NCBI GenBank assembly: GCA_036676395.1
Contig: JAKFCY010000002.1
Coordinates: 1,344,001-1,408,000, forward strand
Direction of reading: 5' to 3'
Source: Bdellovibrio sp.
GTDB taxonomy: Bacteria > Bdellovibrionota > Bdellovibrionia > Bdellovibrionales > Bdellovibrionaceae
Length of the DNA: 64,000 nucleotides
In this document: positions 1 to 10,397 of the stretch, piece by piece
How the letters are laid out: every line of letters starts with the position of its first letter
Position numbering within the stretch: position 1 is the stretch's first letter
Program-made: the position numbers and the translations under genes
Notes under the pieces: generated by a model
What the model saw: the letters and a program-made list of their open reading frames with translations, nothing else
Told to the model about the DNA's origin: nothing
The model's database searches: none

Positions 1-2
1 AA

Positions 3-770
3 AATCTGATTGTGCGTGAACTAGATGTCACCAATGAATCCAATATTTTTTCACTTGTGAATGAAATCGCTAACATGTGGGGCCGCATTGACGTGCTGGT
101 GAATAACGCCGGTATTTGTTATCGTTCAGTCGTTGAACATATGGACCGTGAATCAGAAATGATTCAGCTTGAAACTAATTACCTGGGCCCTATGTCGCTG
201 ATCCGGTCGGTGCTGCCGATTATGCGCGAACAAATGTACGGGCAAATTATTAATATTTCATCAGTCAGCGGCATGGTTTCAATGCCAACCATGGGGTCGT
301 ATTCGGCATCAAAGCATGCGCTCGAAGGTGCTACAGAATCTTTGTGGTATGAAGCGCGCCCTTACGGCATCAAAGTCAGTCTTGTTGAACCAGGGTTTAT
401 TAATTCAGATTCTTTTAAAAATATTCTGCTCCCAAAAAAAGCAAAACTTTCTGCAAAATTAAAGGGCCCACATTCGGAGTATTATAAATCGATGTCTCCG
501 TTTATTGAAAGTCTGATGAAATGGGCCTTTGCCACTCCTGAATCCATTGCTCATAAAGTTGAAAGACTGATTGAACAGAAGAATCCACCCTTACGTTTGC
601 GCGTAACGATGGATGCCGTGGTGTTTTCTTTTTTACGAAAGCTTTTGCCGGAATTCATGTTTCATAAAGTGATGTTCTTGCTGCTTCCGGGATCTAGGCT
701 TTGGGGGCACAGAAGTTATTTCGGTAACCGGGTCAGATCTAAAAAACTAAACGGTTCCGCTCCTATATAA
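3..770 (+). CDS. Short-chain dehydrogenase/reductase, 5' partial
   Basis: LDVT, VLVNNAG, NISS, catalytic YSASK and VEPG motifs. The frame is open to the window edge and the TGxxxGxG motif is missing, so the gene starts upstream. Confidence 0.92.
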   Translation, partial: NLIVRELDVTNESNIFSLVNEIANMWGRIDVLVNNAGICYRSVVEHMDRESEMIQLETNYLGPMSLIRSVLPIMREQMYGQIINISSVSGMVSMPTMGSYSASKHALEGATESLWYEARPYGIKVSLVEPGFINSDSFKNILLPKKAKLSAKLKGPHSEYYKSMSPFIESLMKWAFATPESIAHKVERLIEQKNPPLRLRVTMDAVVFSFLRKLLPEFMFHKVMFLLLPGSRLWGHRSYFGNRVRSKKLNGSAPI

Positions 771-1083
771 AATTCGGTGAGTTTGATGGCAAAACTTCGC
801 CGCAAAGTTTTTTTCGCCATTGCGGCTAAACATTGCGTTAGAATTATATTTTTTTAAAAAAACTCTTGCCAGCATTTTTGTGAGGTAAATTTTCTTATTG
901 TTAGGGCGTAAAAAAATATTTACGCAGGGGCTTGTGATTCAAAAACAAACTTAACCATGAGGCGCTAGGAAGGCATGGCCGTATTAAAAACTAAATTCAA
1001 AATCCAAATTACATACAGAAAAAGCGTGAAAAATCTGCATTTAAAACCCGTGATATGTTGCTGTTGAAATCGAAAGGATTAAC

Positions 1084-1878
1084 ATGAACTTATCTGAAAT
1101 TGGAAATCACGAATTACTTAATCGGTTGGAAAAACTTTCGCGCACTGAGCGTAAGATCACGCATCTTATTCTTTGCCATATTTTAGAAGTTGAGAGCCGT
1201 AAGCTGTTTGCTGATCGCGGTTTTTCGAGTTGTTTTGAATATCTAACACAAGGGTTAGGCTACTCGGAAGGTAGCGCTAACCGAAGATTGCAATCAGCTC
1301 GATTATTAAGACAGCTTCCCGAGATCGGCGAAAAAATTGAGGCCGGTAGTTTAAATTTAACCCAATTATCCCAGTTGCAAAGATGTATTCGCCTGCAAAA
1401 GAAAAGCGGAGAAGCTATAACCCCAGAAAAAGCTCAAGAATTTAATATAGACTTGCGATCCATCGAAAGACTTATACCGCAAAAGAATAATTCAATAAAA
1501 CTTGAAATTTTATTTACAGAAGAACAAATGAAAGAACTTGAATTAGCGAAAAGTATGCTAAGTCATGTATACCCGCAAGGAACCTGGGCTGAAGTGATTT
1601 CTTACTTAGCCAAAAGCCATAATAAAAAGCCTAAAAGCACTGCTAGAAATTATATGCCGCTCAAAATTCGTCGTGAGTTGTTTGATAAGGCCAATCACGT
1701 TTGTGAATATTCAGATCCCGTAACGCATAGAAAGTGTTCGTCAAAGCATCAACTGCAAGTCGATCATCTTATTCCTTTAAGTAAAGGTGGTAGTAATCAA
1801 AGAGCAAATCTTCGGATATTATGTCGTACCCATAATGTTCATATGGCTAAGGTTTGGGGTGTTGTAAAAGCAAAATGA
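1084..1878 (+). CDS. HNH endonuclease with helical N-terminal domain (Bdellovibrio-type)
   Basis: C-terminal CEY..C....LQVDHLIPLSKGGSN...NLRILCRTHN HNH motif; N-terminal YLTQGLGYSEGSA.RRLQSARLL segment; RBS GAAAGGA upstream. Confidence 0.85.
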   Translation: MNLSEIGNHELLNRLEKLSRTERKITHLILCHILEVESRKLFADRGFSSCFEYLTQGLGYSEGSANRRLQSARLLRQLPEIGEKIEAGSLNLTQLSQLQRCIRLQKKSGEAITPEKAQEFNIDLRSIERLIPQKNNSIKLEILFTEEQMKELELAKSMLSHVYPQGTWAEVISYLAKSHNKKPKSTARNYMPLKIRRELFDKANHVCEYSDPVTHRKCSSKHQLQVDHLIPLSKGGSNQRANLRILCRTHNVHMAKVWGVVKAK

Positions 1879-1949
1879 ATATTAAAAGACTTGTCGATGT
1901 GATGGTAGTTCTGGCAGAGGTCGTAATATAGATGACAGTCGGGCGGTAA

Positions 1950-3110
<1,161 letters not shown>

Positions 3111-3195
3111 CCATCCTTGATCGTAACAGCGTTTAAGTGTTCAATTTACTTTGAGTTTTTTCGAAAAACTAAATTAAATAAAGGGACTTAAAAAT

Positions 3196-3564
3196 ATGTT
3201 ACTGAAAATGTTATCGATGAATTTCGCCGCTTTCGCACAAGACGCAACTACAGCAGCTACAGCTGCGACTGCAGAACAACCTCCAGCATGGATGCAATTT
3301 GTTCCAATGCTTGCCATCGTAGTAGTGTTTTATTTTTTCTTAATTCGCCCACAAGCTAAACGCGCTAAAGAACAACAAGGATTTTTATCAGCATTAAAAG
3401 TTGGAGATCAAGTTGTGACTCAGTCGGGTTTATTCGGAAAAATCACTGGGCTAAATGAACAAATCGCAAATCTTGAGATTTCAAACGGAGTGACGATTAA
3501 ACTTCTTCGTTCGCAAATCACAATGCTTCAATCAGCTTTACAAAAAGCTGAGCCCGCTAAATAA
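3196..3564 (+). CDS. yajC: Preprotein translocase subunit YajC
   Basis: FYFFLIRPQ.KR and LKVGDQVVTQSGLFG motifs; tgt-yajC-secD-secF synteny. Confidence 0.96.
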   Translation: MLLKMLSMNFAAFAQDATTAATAATAEQPPAWMQFVPMLAIVVVFYFFLIRPQAKRAKEQQGFLSALKVGDQVVTQSGLFGKITGLNEQIANLEISNGVTIKLLRSQITMLQSALQKAEPAK

Positions 3565-3597
3565 TTTTTTAGAAAATAAAAGACAAGGAAAAACAAC

Positions 3598-5289
3598 ATG
3601 GAAAATCTACGACTGAGAACATGGACAGCTGGCATTGCATTAGTATTAGCTGCGCTATTCATTGCTCCTAACTTTATCGACACCTCGAAATTTGCTTGGT
3701 GGCCGGCACGTAAATTAAATTACGGCTTAGACATTCAAGGTGGTATTCACTTAGTTATGGGTGTTGATGTTGAAAGTGTTTTAGTGACTACAGTTAACCG
3801 TCAAACGGTTGTACTAGCTGATGATTTCAAAAAAGAAAACATCAAGTTCAAAGGCTTTAACACTGATAACGCTAAAAATGGCGGCTTAGATGTTTTAGTT
3901 GAATCTGCAGAAGCTGCAAAACAAATTGAAGCGATCATTTTAAAAAACTACGTTGGCGCATTGCAAGTGATATCGGCTACAGCTGAAAAAGTTGAAATTC
4001 GTTATTACGACGCTTATTTGTTAGATCAAAAACAAAACACAATTCGTCAGGCGATCGAAACTATTCGTAATCGTATCGATGAATTCGGTGTAGCAGAGCC
4101 TTCAATCACCCAACAAGGTGCTGACCGTATTTTAATTCAGTTACCGGGTTTAGCTGATGCTGAAAAAGCAAAACAGTTAATCAATACAACGGCTAAACTT
4201 GATTTCATGTTAGTGTCTTATGATAAGTCTCCGGATGAAGTTCGTAAGATGATTGATGACGCTGAAAAAGCGGGTGGCTATTCAATGGCGACATTGAAAT
4301 ACACTGAATACATCAAACGTATTAACGATGATTTAAAAGCACAGCTTCCAGCAAACACAGCGATTTACTTCGAAAAAGGTTCAAACGCTAAAACAATGGA
4401 AGCCGGAAGCACGCCTTATTTATTAACTACAAACACTGATCTTGGTGGTGATTCATTAGATAGCGCCGGGGTTTCGTTTGACCAGTATGGTTCACCTGAA
4501 GTGACTTTACGTTTTAACCCATCAGGGGCTAATAAATTTGCTGATTTAACAGAAAAAAACATCAACCGCCAAATGGCAGTGGTGTTAGATAAAGTTGTTA
4601 AAACAGCGCCAAACATCAATTCAAAAATTCCGAATGGCCAAGCCGTTATTACTTTAGGCCGTTCTGGTGATCAGCAACAAATGATGGATGAAGCCAAACT
4701 TATTTCTACGGCTTTGCGCGCGGGTGCTTTACCTGCAACGCTTGAGCAATTAGAAGAACGTCGCGTTGGTCCGTCACTGGGTAAAGATGCTTTAGAGAAA
4801 GCTCGTTTAGGAGCTATCGTCGGTTCGATCTTAATCATGATCTTTATGATTGTTTATTATAAAGGTATGGGCGTTATCACAGCGTTCACATTAATCTTAA
4901 ATATCGTAGCAGTATTTGCGATTCTTGGTTCATTAGGTGCAACTTTAACATTACCAGGTATTGCCGGTATGGCTTTAACTGTGGGTTTTGCGGTTGATGC
5001 GAACGTTTTAATTAACGAACGTATTCGCGAAGAATTAGCCAAAGGTGCCGGCATTAAAGCGGCGATTCAAGATGGGTATTCACAGGCTATGTCTGCGATT
5101 ATCGATTCGAATGTAACAACATCGGCAACAGCATTAATTTTATTGTACTTTGGAACAGGCCCGGTACGTGGATTCGCTGTTACATTACTTGCGGGTATCG
5201 CAACGACGATTTTTGCAAACGTTTTCGTTTCAAAAGTTATCTCTGACAACTTAGTTTACCGCTTTGGTCTTAAAAAGATTTCTATATAA
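3598..5289 (+). CDS. secD: Protein translocase subunit SecD
   Basis: GLDIQGG, IRNRIDEFGVAEP, VGPSLG, TLPGIAG, AVDANVLINERIREE motifs. Confidence 0.98.
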   Translation: MENLRLRTWTAGIALVLAALFIAPNFIDTSKFAWWPARKLNYGLDIQGGIHLVMGVDVESVLVTTVNRQTVVLADDFKKENIKFKGFNTDNAKNGGLDVLVESAEAAKQIEAIILKNYVGALQVISATAEKVEIRYYDAYLLDQKQNTIRQAIETIRNRIDEFGVAEPSITQQGADRILIQLPGLADAEKAKQLINTTAKLDFMLVSYDKSPDEVRKMIDDAEKAGGYSMATLKYTEYIKRINDDLKAQLPANTAIYFEKGSNAKTMEAGSTPYLLTTNTDLGGDSLDSAGVSFDQYGSPEVTLRFNPSGANKFADLTEKNINRQMAVVLDKVVKTAPNINSKIPNGQAVITLGRSGDQQQMMDEAKLISTALRAGALPATLEQLEERRVGPSLGKDALEKARLGAIVGSILIMIFMIVYYKGMGVITAFTLILNIVAVFAILGSLGATLTLPGIAGMALTVGFAVDANVLINERIREELAKGAGIKAAIQDGYSQAMSAIIDSNVTTSATALILLYFGTGPVRGFAVTLLAGIATTIFANVFVSKVISDNLVYRFGLKKISI

Positions 5290-5297
5290 TTAGGGGA

Positions 5298-6248
5298 ATG
5301 AATAAAATGGCAAAAAATAATACTACACAAGAATCCTCTGGAAGATTTGATTTCGTCGGTAAAGTTGGAATTTTCGGCGGGATCTCATTAATTTTAACTG
5401 TGCTTTCTTTAGGTTACATCGCAGTTAAAGGCATTAACTACGGTATCGATTTTAAAGGTGGAACAGAAATTCAGGTCAAATTTGAACAGCCTGTAAATAT
5501 AGATCAAGTGCGTACTTCATTAGAAGGACAAGCTTTAGGTGAAGTTGGCGTTCAGGCTTTCGGTGAAGGCAATGAATTTATCATCCGCTTTCAAGGCGTA
5601 AAAGGCGCAACTGATAAAGAAACAAATGAAAATTTAAATACTTCAATCACAGGTTTAAAAGATAAAATCATGACAACGTTTGCGGCTCAAGGCCCAGATA
5701 TTCGTCGTGTGGATACGGTCGGGCCTCAAGTTGGAGCAGAACTTAAACGTAATGGCTTTTTAGCAGTATTTTACTGTCTATTAGTTATCTTTATTTACGT
5801 AGCCTTACGCTTTGATTATAAATTCTCGCCGGGTGCGGTGGTGTGTTTATTTCATGATGCGGTAATCACATTAGCTATATTCTTGTTATTCGGAAAAGAA
5901 GTTAACATTCCGATTTTAGCAGCGATTCTAACTTTAATTGGTTTTTCGTTAAATGATACGATCGTGGTATTTGATCGTATTCGTGAAACTGAACACCGTT
6001 ACAGAGACCGTGGGTTCAGATTCATTATTAACAAATCAATCAATGATATGTTAGGCAGAACAATTATTACTTCGGGCACAGTTTTTCTATCGGCATTATG
6101 TTTATTGATTTTTGCTGATGGCGTTGTGCAAGATATCGCGTTTGCACTTTCTGTAGGTATCGTATTCGGAGCATATTCAAGTATTTATGTTGCGGCTCCG
6201 TTTATCTTAATTATGGAGAACATTTTCAAACCGACTGCAAAGGCGTAA
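5298..6248 (+). CDS. secF: Protein translocase subunit SecF (start may be ATG 5307)
   Basis: GIDFKGG, VGPQVG, GFSLNDTIVVFDRIRE motifs. Confidence 0.98.
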   Translation: MNKMAKNNTTQESSGRFDFVGKVGIFGGISLILTVLSLGYIAVKGINYGIDFKGGTEIQVKFEQPVNIDQVRTSLEGQALGEVGVQAFGEGNEFIIRFQGVKGATDKETNENLNTSITGLKDKIMTTFAAQGPDIRRVDTVGPQVGAELKRNGFLAVFYCLLVIFIYVALRFDYKFSPGAVVCLFHDAVITLAIFLLFGKEVNIPILAAILTLIGFSLNDTIVVFDRIRETEHRYRDRGFRFIINKSINDMLGRTIITSGTVFLSALCLLIFADGVVQDIAFALSVGIVFGAYSSIYVAAPFILIMENIFKPTAKA

Positions 6249-6254
6249 TCGCCC

Positions 6255-7967
6255 ATGGCTGTCTGGAAAGATAAAAGTAAAAATATATCTACTTCAGATA
6301 GCTCTAAACCATACCCTGAGCTGATAGCAAAACTTCTAAACGCTCGGGGCTATGATGATTCGCAGATCGAATCAATTCTTAATCCCAAATTAAGTGTCTT
6401 AAAAGATCCGTTTTTATTATTAGGAATGGATAAAGCTGTTGAACGCATTAAACAGGCTTATTTAAATAATCAAAAAATCTGTATTTACGCTGACTTTGAC
6501 CTTGATGGCACAAGTGGTCTTGGTATTTTAAAACAAGCCCTTGAAAATCTGGGTTTTAAAGATGTCAGCTACTATCAACCAAAACGTCTTAGCGAAGGTT
6601 ATGGATTTCATCCGCACGCTGTTGAAGAGTTAAAAACGATCGGCATTGATTTAATTATCACGGTCGATGTGGGTATCACTTCACATAAAGCTTTTGAAAA
6701 AGCGAATGAATTAAATATCGATGTGATCTTAACTGATCACCATTTGCCAAGTGAAACATTACCTAGTGCTTATTGTGTAATTAACCCGAATCAAAAAGCT
6801 TGCACCAGTGGCTTAGGCTATTTGTGTGGAGCAGGGGTTGCATTTTATTTAGCTCGCGCCCTAAAACGAACCTTCGCTGAAGACCCGTTACTTCCTAAAA
6901 AAGAATGGGATCTGAAAGACCTGTTAGATTTATTCTGTATCGGTACATTAACAGATATGGTGCCGCTGGTTGATGATAACCGCGTGTTAGTAAAGCATGG
7001 CATGGTGGTGTTGCAAAATACACAAAAAGTAGGGCTACAGGCGCTGCTAGAGGCCTTAGAATTAACGGGCAGAACATTATCATCCCAAGATGTTTCGATT
7101 AAATTTGCGCCAAAGCTAAATGCCTTATCGCGGATGGAATCAGACATTTTACCGATTCATATTTATCTAGAAAAAAATCTGGCGCACGCAAGATCAATGG
7201 TCGATCAGATTTTAAAAAATAACCAAACAAGACAATCTTTACAGTCAAACGCCGAAGGCAAAGCTTTCGAATTACTAAAAGGCTGGGATAAAGAAGACTT
7301 TGTTTTCGTATCCAGTGAAGACTTTCACCGCGGTATCATTGGGCTTATCGCCACAAAACTTTCGCAAGAATTTAACCGTCCGGCTTTTGTGGGTTCGCAG
7401 AATTCAGAAGGCATGATTGTGGGTTCAGGGCGTTTGCCGGCAGGGCATGAATCAAGTTTAGTTGATGCCTTAGGTTTTGCACAAACGTCATTAAACCGCT
7501 TTGGTGGGCATTCGGCAGCGGCGGGCTTTGAATTGCCTGCAACAAACAAAGAAAGTTTAATCTTAAGCTTAGAAAAATTTTATCATCAGTTAAAACTTGA
7601 AAAGCGCGAAGTCGAAATTGATTTTGATGTGACGGCTCAGTTATCAGATTTGAATTCACACTTTATGAAATGGTATGATCATATCGGGCCTTATGGTGTG
7701 GGGTTTACTACGCCATTGTTTCGTTTTAATAATTTAAATTTAAATAAGATTAATGAACTAAAAGGCGGCCATTTAAAAGTACAATTTTGGGACGAGAAAA
7801 GTTCTATGGATGCTTTATTGTTTTCTCCAAGCACTACTCAGCGCGAAATCCTTCAAACTGGCAGAATGTATGATATTCTAGGTGAAATTCAGTGGAATTA
7901 CTTTAGAAATAAACAATCTGTCCAAATCTTGATTAAAGATTTGAAGGTATCGGGAACACAAGCATGA
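6255..7967 (+). CDS. recJ: ssDNA exonuclease RecJ
   Basis: DFDLDG, EGYG, TVDVG, TDHH, DMVPL, FGGHSAAAG motifs and C-terminal OB region. Confidence 0.96.
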   Translation: MAVWKDKSKNISTSDSSKPYPELIAKLLNARGYDDSQIESILNPKLSVLKDPFLLLGMDKAVERIKQAYLNNQKICIYADFDLDGTSGLGILKQALENLGFKDVSYYQPKRLSEGYGFHPHAVEELKTIGIDLIITVDVGITSHKAFEKANELNIDVILTDHHLPSETLPSAYCVINPNQKACTSGLGYLCGAGVAFYLARALKRTFAEDPLLPKKEWDLKDLLDLFCIGTLTDMVPLVDDNRVLVKHGMVVLQNTQKVGLQALLEALELTGRTLSSQDVSIKFAPKLNALSRMESDILPIHIYLEKNLAHARSMVDQILKNNQTRQSLQSNAEGKAFELLKGWDKEDFVFVSSEDFHRGIIGLIATKLSQEFNRPAFVGSQNSEGMIVGSGRLPAGHESSLVDALGFAQTSLNRFGGHSAAAGFELPATNKESLILSLEKFYHQLKLEKREVEIDFDVTAQLSDLNSHFMKWYDHIGPYGVGFTTPLFRFNNLNLNKINELKGGHLKVQFWDEKSSMDALLFSPSTTQREILQTGRMYDILGEIQWNYFRNKQSVQILIKDLKVSGTQA

Positions 7968-8680
7968 CTTTTAAATTTAAGCCAATGCCCAAGAAAGATC
8001 TAAAGTCTGTAGTGTGTTTATCAGCAGGCTTAGATTCAACGGTGAATTTGTATGCGGCCCATAAAATGACCGAAGTCGTTCAAACCGTTACTTTTAATTA
8101 TGGTCAGAAAGCCGCAAAAAAAGAAATCGCCGCGGCTACAGAAATCTCTAAAAAATTAAATATTCCTCATAGAGTTATCGACCTTCTGTGGTTTAAAGAC
8201 CTAGGGGAGTCATCGCTGACCAGTGACAAACAAAATGTTCCCATTGGGGATGAAGTTTCTATTGATAATCATAAAAAATCACAAGTGACCGCTAAGGCTG
8301 TATGGGTGCCAAACCGTAATGGCATATTTTTAAATATTGCTGCGGGCATCGCTGAAAGTTTAAAAGCTGATTTAGTTGTTCCTGGTTTTAATTTAGAAGA
8401 GGCCTCGACGTTTCCTGATAACAGCGATGGTTTTATGAAAAGCCTGGATCTATCGCTATCATTTTCAACGGCTAATAAAGTTAAAGTTCATTGTTATACG
8501 GTTTCATTAACTAAAATTCAGATTGTTAATGTCGGTATGTCAATGGAGGTGCCTTTTGAAATGATCTGGCCATGTTATTTTGCTAAAGATAAATGGTGCG
8601 GTGTATGTGAATCTTGTCAGCGCGCCAAGCGTGCTTTAAGCTTTAACAAGGTACCAGTTACACATTTATTTGAAAGTTGA
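7964..8680 (+). CDS. queC: 7-cyano-7-deazaguanine synthase
   Basis: SAGLDST PP-loop variant, FNYGQ, WVPNRNGIF, FPD and CY...CGVCESC Zn motif; ATGA overlap with recJ. Confidence 0.93.
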   Translation: MTFKFKPMPKKDLKSVVCLSAGLDSTVNLYAAHKMTEVVQTVTFNYGQKAAKKEIAAATEISKKLNIPHRVIDLLWFKDLGESSLTSDKQNVPIGDEVSIDNHKKSQVTAKAVWVPNRNGIFLNIAAGIAESLKADLVVPGFNLEEASTFPDNSDGFMKSLDLSLSFSTANKVKVHCYTVSLTKIQIVNVGMSMEVPFEMIWPCYFAKDKWCGVCESCQRAKRALSFNKVPVTHLFES

Positions 8681-8687
8681 ATAAATA

Positions 8688-9254
8688 ATGCAAACACTCT
8701 TCGTATCGGCAGCTAAGAAAACTCTTAAAAAATATGATGGCGCGCAGCTGCGCCCGCTATTTTCTTATGAAAATTTTGGCTTAAAAGGCAATGCGATGAT
8801 TTCATGGATTTCTCCAACAGATGTGACATTGGCACATATGGTGGATTATGAAGATAAAATCGAAGAATCAAAAATCTGCGGCGATAAAATGTTACATTTT
8901 ATAATTGAGTTTTTTCCGGCGAATTTATCTTTTGGGGTGATGGCGCAAAGATTATTAGCTTCAATCATTAAAGACATGATCAGTTTAAAAGCCCCTAAAG
9001 AAAAACTAACCCGTAAGGGTGATGATATCTATGTGGGCCAAGGTAAACTTTCAATTTCTATTGCCAGTGTTTCAGCGGTTTCAACGCTCGTGCATTTTGC
9101 CGTGAATATTACCAATAAAGGCACACCTGTTAAAACTGCGTCTTTAGAAGATTTAAAGATTAAGCCAGATACTTTTGCTAAAGAGGTTTTAAAAGCTTTT
9201 GCTTCTGAATTTGACGATGTGGTTTGGGCCACGCAAAAGGTGAAGCCGCTATGA
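8688..9254 (+). CDS. DUF366 family protein
   Basis: YDGAQL, MVDYED, MLHFIIE, QRLL, RKGDDIY..GKLSISIAS, HFAVNI..GTPV match my recollection of the DUF366 pattern. Confidence 0.8.
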   Translation: MQTLFVSAAKKTLKKYDGAQLRPLFSYENFGLKGNAMISWISPTDVTLAHMVDYEDKIEESKICGDKMLHFIIEFFPANLSFGVMAQRLLASIIKDMISLKAPKEKLTRKGDDIYVGQGKLSISIASVSAVSTLVHFAVNITNKGTPVKTASLEDLKIKPDTFAKEVLKAFASEFDDVVWATQKVKPL

Positions 9255-10039
9255 TCGTGAAAAGTTTAATTTTTAGTTTGGCTATTATTTTTACGTTGCC
9301 AAGTTTTGCCTTTGATCAAAACTATGCGCTCTGGAAGCGTGTGATTGCCAATTACGTCGATTACAGCGTAAGTCCTGCCACTGTGGATTATATCGGCATA
9401 AAAAATAACCGTCTGGATTTTACTGAAAACCTGCAAGAAATGGTTAAAGTAACTGAAGAAGAGTATAAAGCTTTTTCGATCGATCAGCGTAAGGCTTTTA
9501 TTTTAAATCTTTACGGCGCTTTGGCTATCAAAGCTGTGCTTGATCAAATCGAAGGTCATAAAATACCGAAAACAATTAAAGCCGGCAGCCGGTTTTTGAA
9601 TGATATTTTTGATAGAAAATTTTTTAAATTATTCGAAAAAAAACGCAGTCTGAATTATCTTGAAAAAGACCTAGCCGAAGAATTTGAAAGTGATTTTAAA
9701 TTTAGGGTGGCTTTTGCGTGCGCTGCCAAGGGGTGCCCGCCGCCAGGTTATTACACAGCTGATAATTTAAATAAAACTTTAAACGATGTGATGAAATCAT
9801 TTTTGGGCTGGGATAAAAATGTGACTTACACGATAGCTACAAATGAGCTGATCGCCTGTGATTATTTTAAAGAACGTAAAAGCATCATTAAACAATCGAA
9901 AGAATATTCAAGTTTAGAAGACTTTTTAATTCGTAATGCTCCCATTTCTGAATTATTAAAAGACAAAGCTTTAAAAAATGAAAACAGTCTTGATTTAGAA
10001 TTTTCAAAAATGGATTGGTCGCTTAATATTAAGCCGTAG
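9251..10039 (+). CDS. DUF547 domain exported protein (start ATG 9251)
   Basis: Signal peptide ending SFA; VDY, KAFILNLY and FACAAKGCP motifs; ATGA overlap with the DUF366 stop. Confidence 0.75.
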   Translation: MIVKSLIFSLAIIFTLPSFAFDQNYALWKRVIANYVDYSVSPATVDYIGIKNNRLDFTENLQEMVKVTEEEYKAFSIDQRKAFILNLYGALAIKAVLDQIEGHKIPKTIKAGSRFLNDIFDRKFFKLFEKKRSLNYLEKDLAEEFESDFKFRVAFACAAKGCPPPGYYTADNLNKTLNDVMKSFLGWDKNVTYTIATNELIACDYFKERKSIIKQSKEYSSLEDFLIRNAPISELLKDKALKNENSLDLEFSKMDWSLNIKP

Positions 10040-10052
10040 GCGTATAGCCTAG

Positions 10053-10397
10053 CTAAACTCTAAATACGAAATACACAGCACCCACCATGCACAAGCCAGC
10101 CCACAGGTAATCCCATTTAAAGGCTTGCTGCATGTAGAATGTCGAAAAAGCGATAAACACTAAGATCGTGATCACTTCTTGCATGATTTTTAATTGCGGT
10201 AGGGTGTAATGATTAAAACCTAAACGGTTTGCCGGCACCTGAAAACAATATTCAAAAAACGCGATTCCCCAACAGGCTAAGATGACAATCCACAAAGGCG
10301 AAGAATTCATCGTCTTTAAATGCCCATACCAAGCCCAAGTCATGAAGACATTTGAAATCACTAATAAAACTAACGGAAACACAGCGCCTGAGGTCAA
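10053..10397 (-). CDS. DMT-superfamily small membrane protein (DUF486-like)
   Basis: SNVFMTWAWYGHLK, WGIAFFEYCFQVPANRLG and QLKIMQEVIT motifs. Confidence 0.88.
   Translation of the reverse strand: MTSGAVFPLVLLVISNVFMTWAWYGHLKTMNSSPLWIVILACWGIAFFEYCFQVPANRLGFNHYTLPQLKIMQEVITILVFIAFSTFYMQQAFKWDYLWAGLCMVGAVYFVFRV

Noticed and set aside
1084..1878. HNH gene as IscB, Cas9 or a HEARO-type RNA-guided nuclease
   Set aside because: No RuvC motifs or PLMP N-terminus visible, and no repeat-spacer array nearby.
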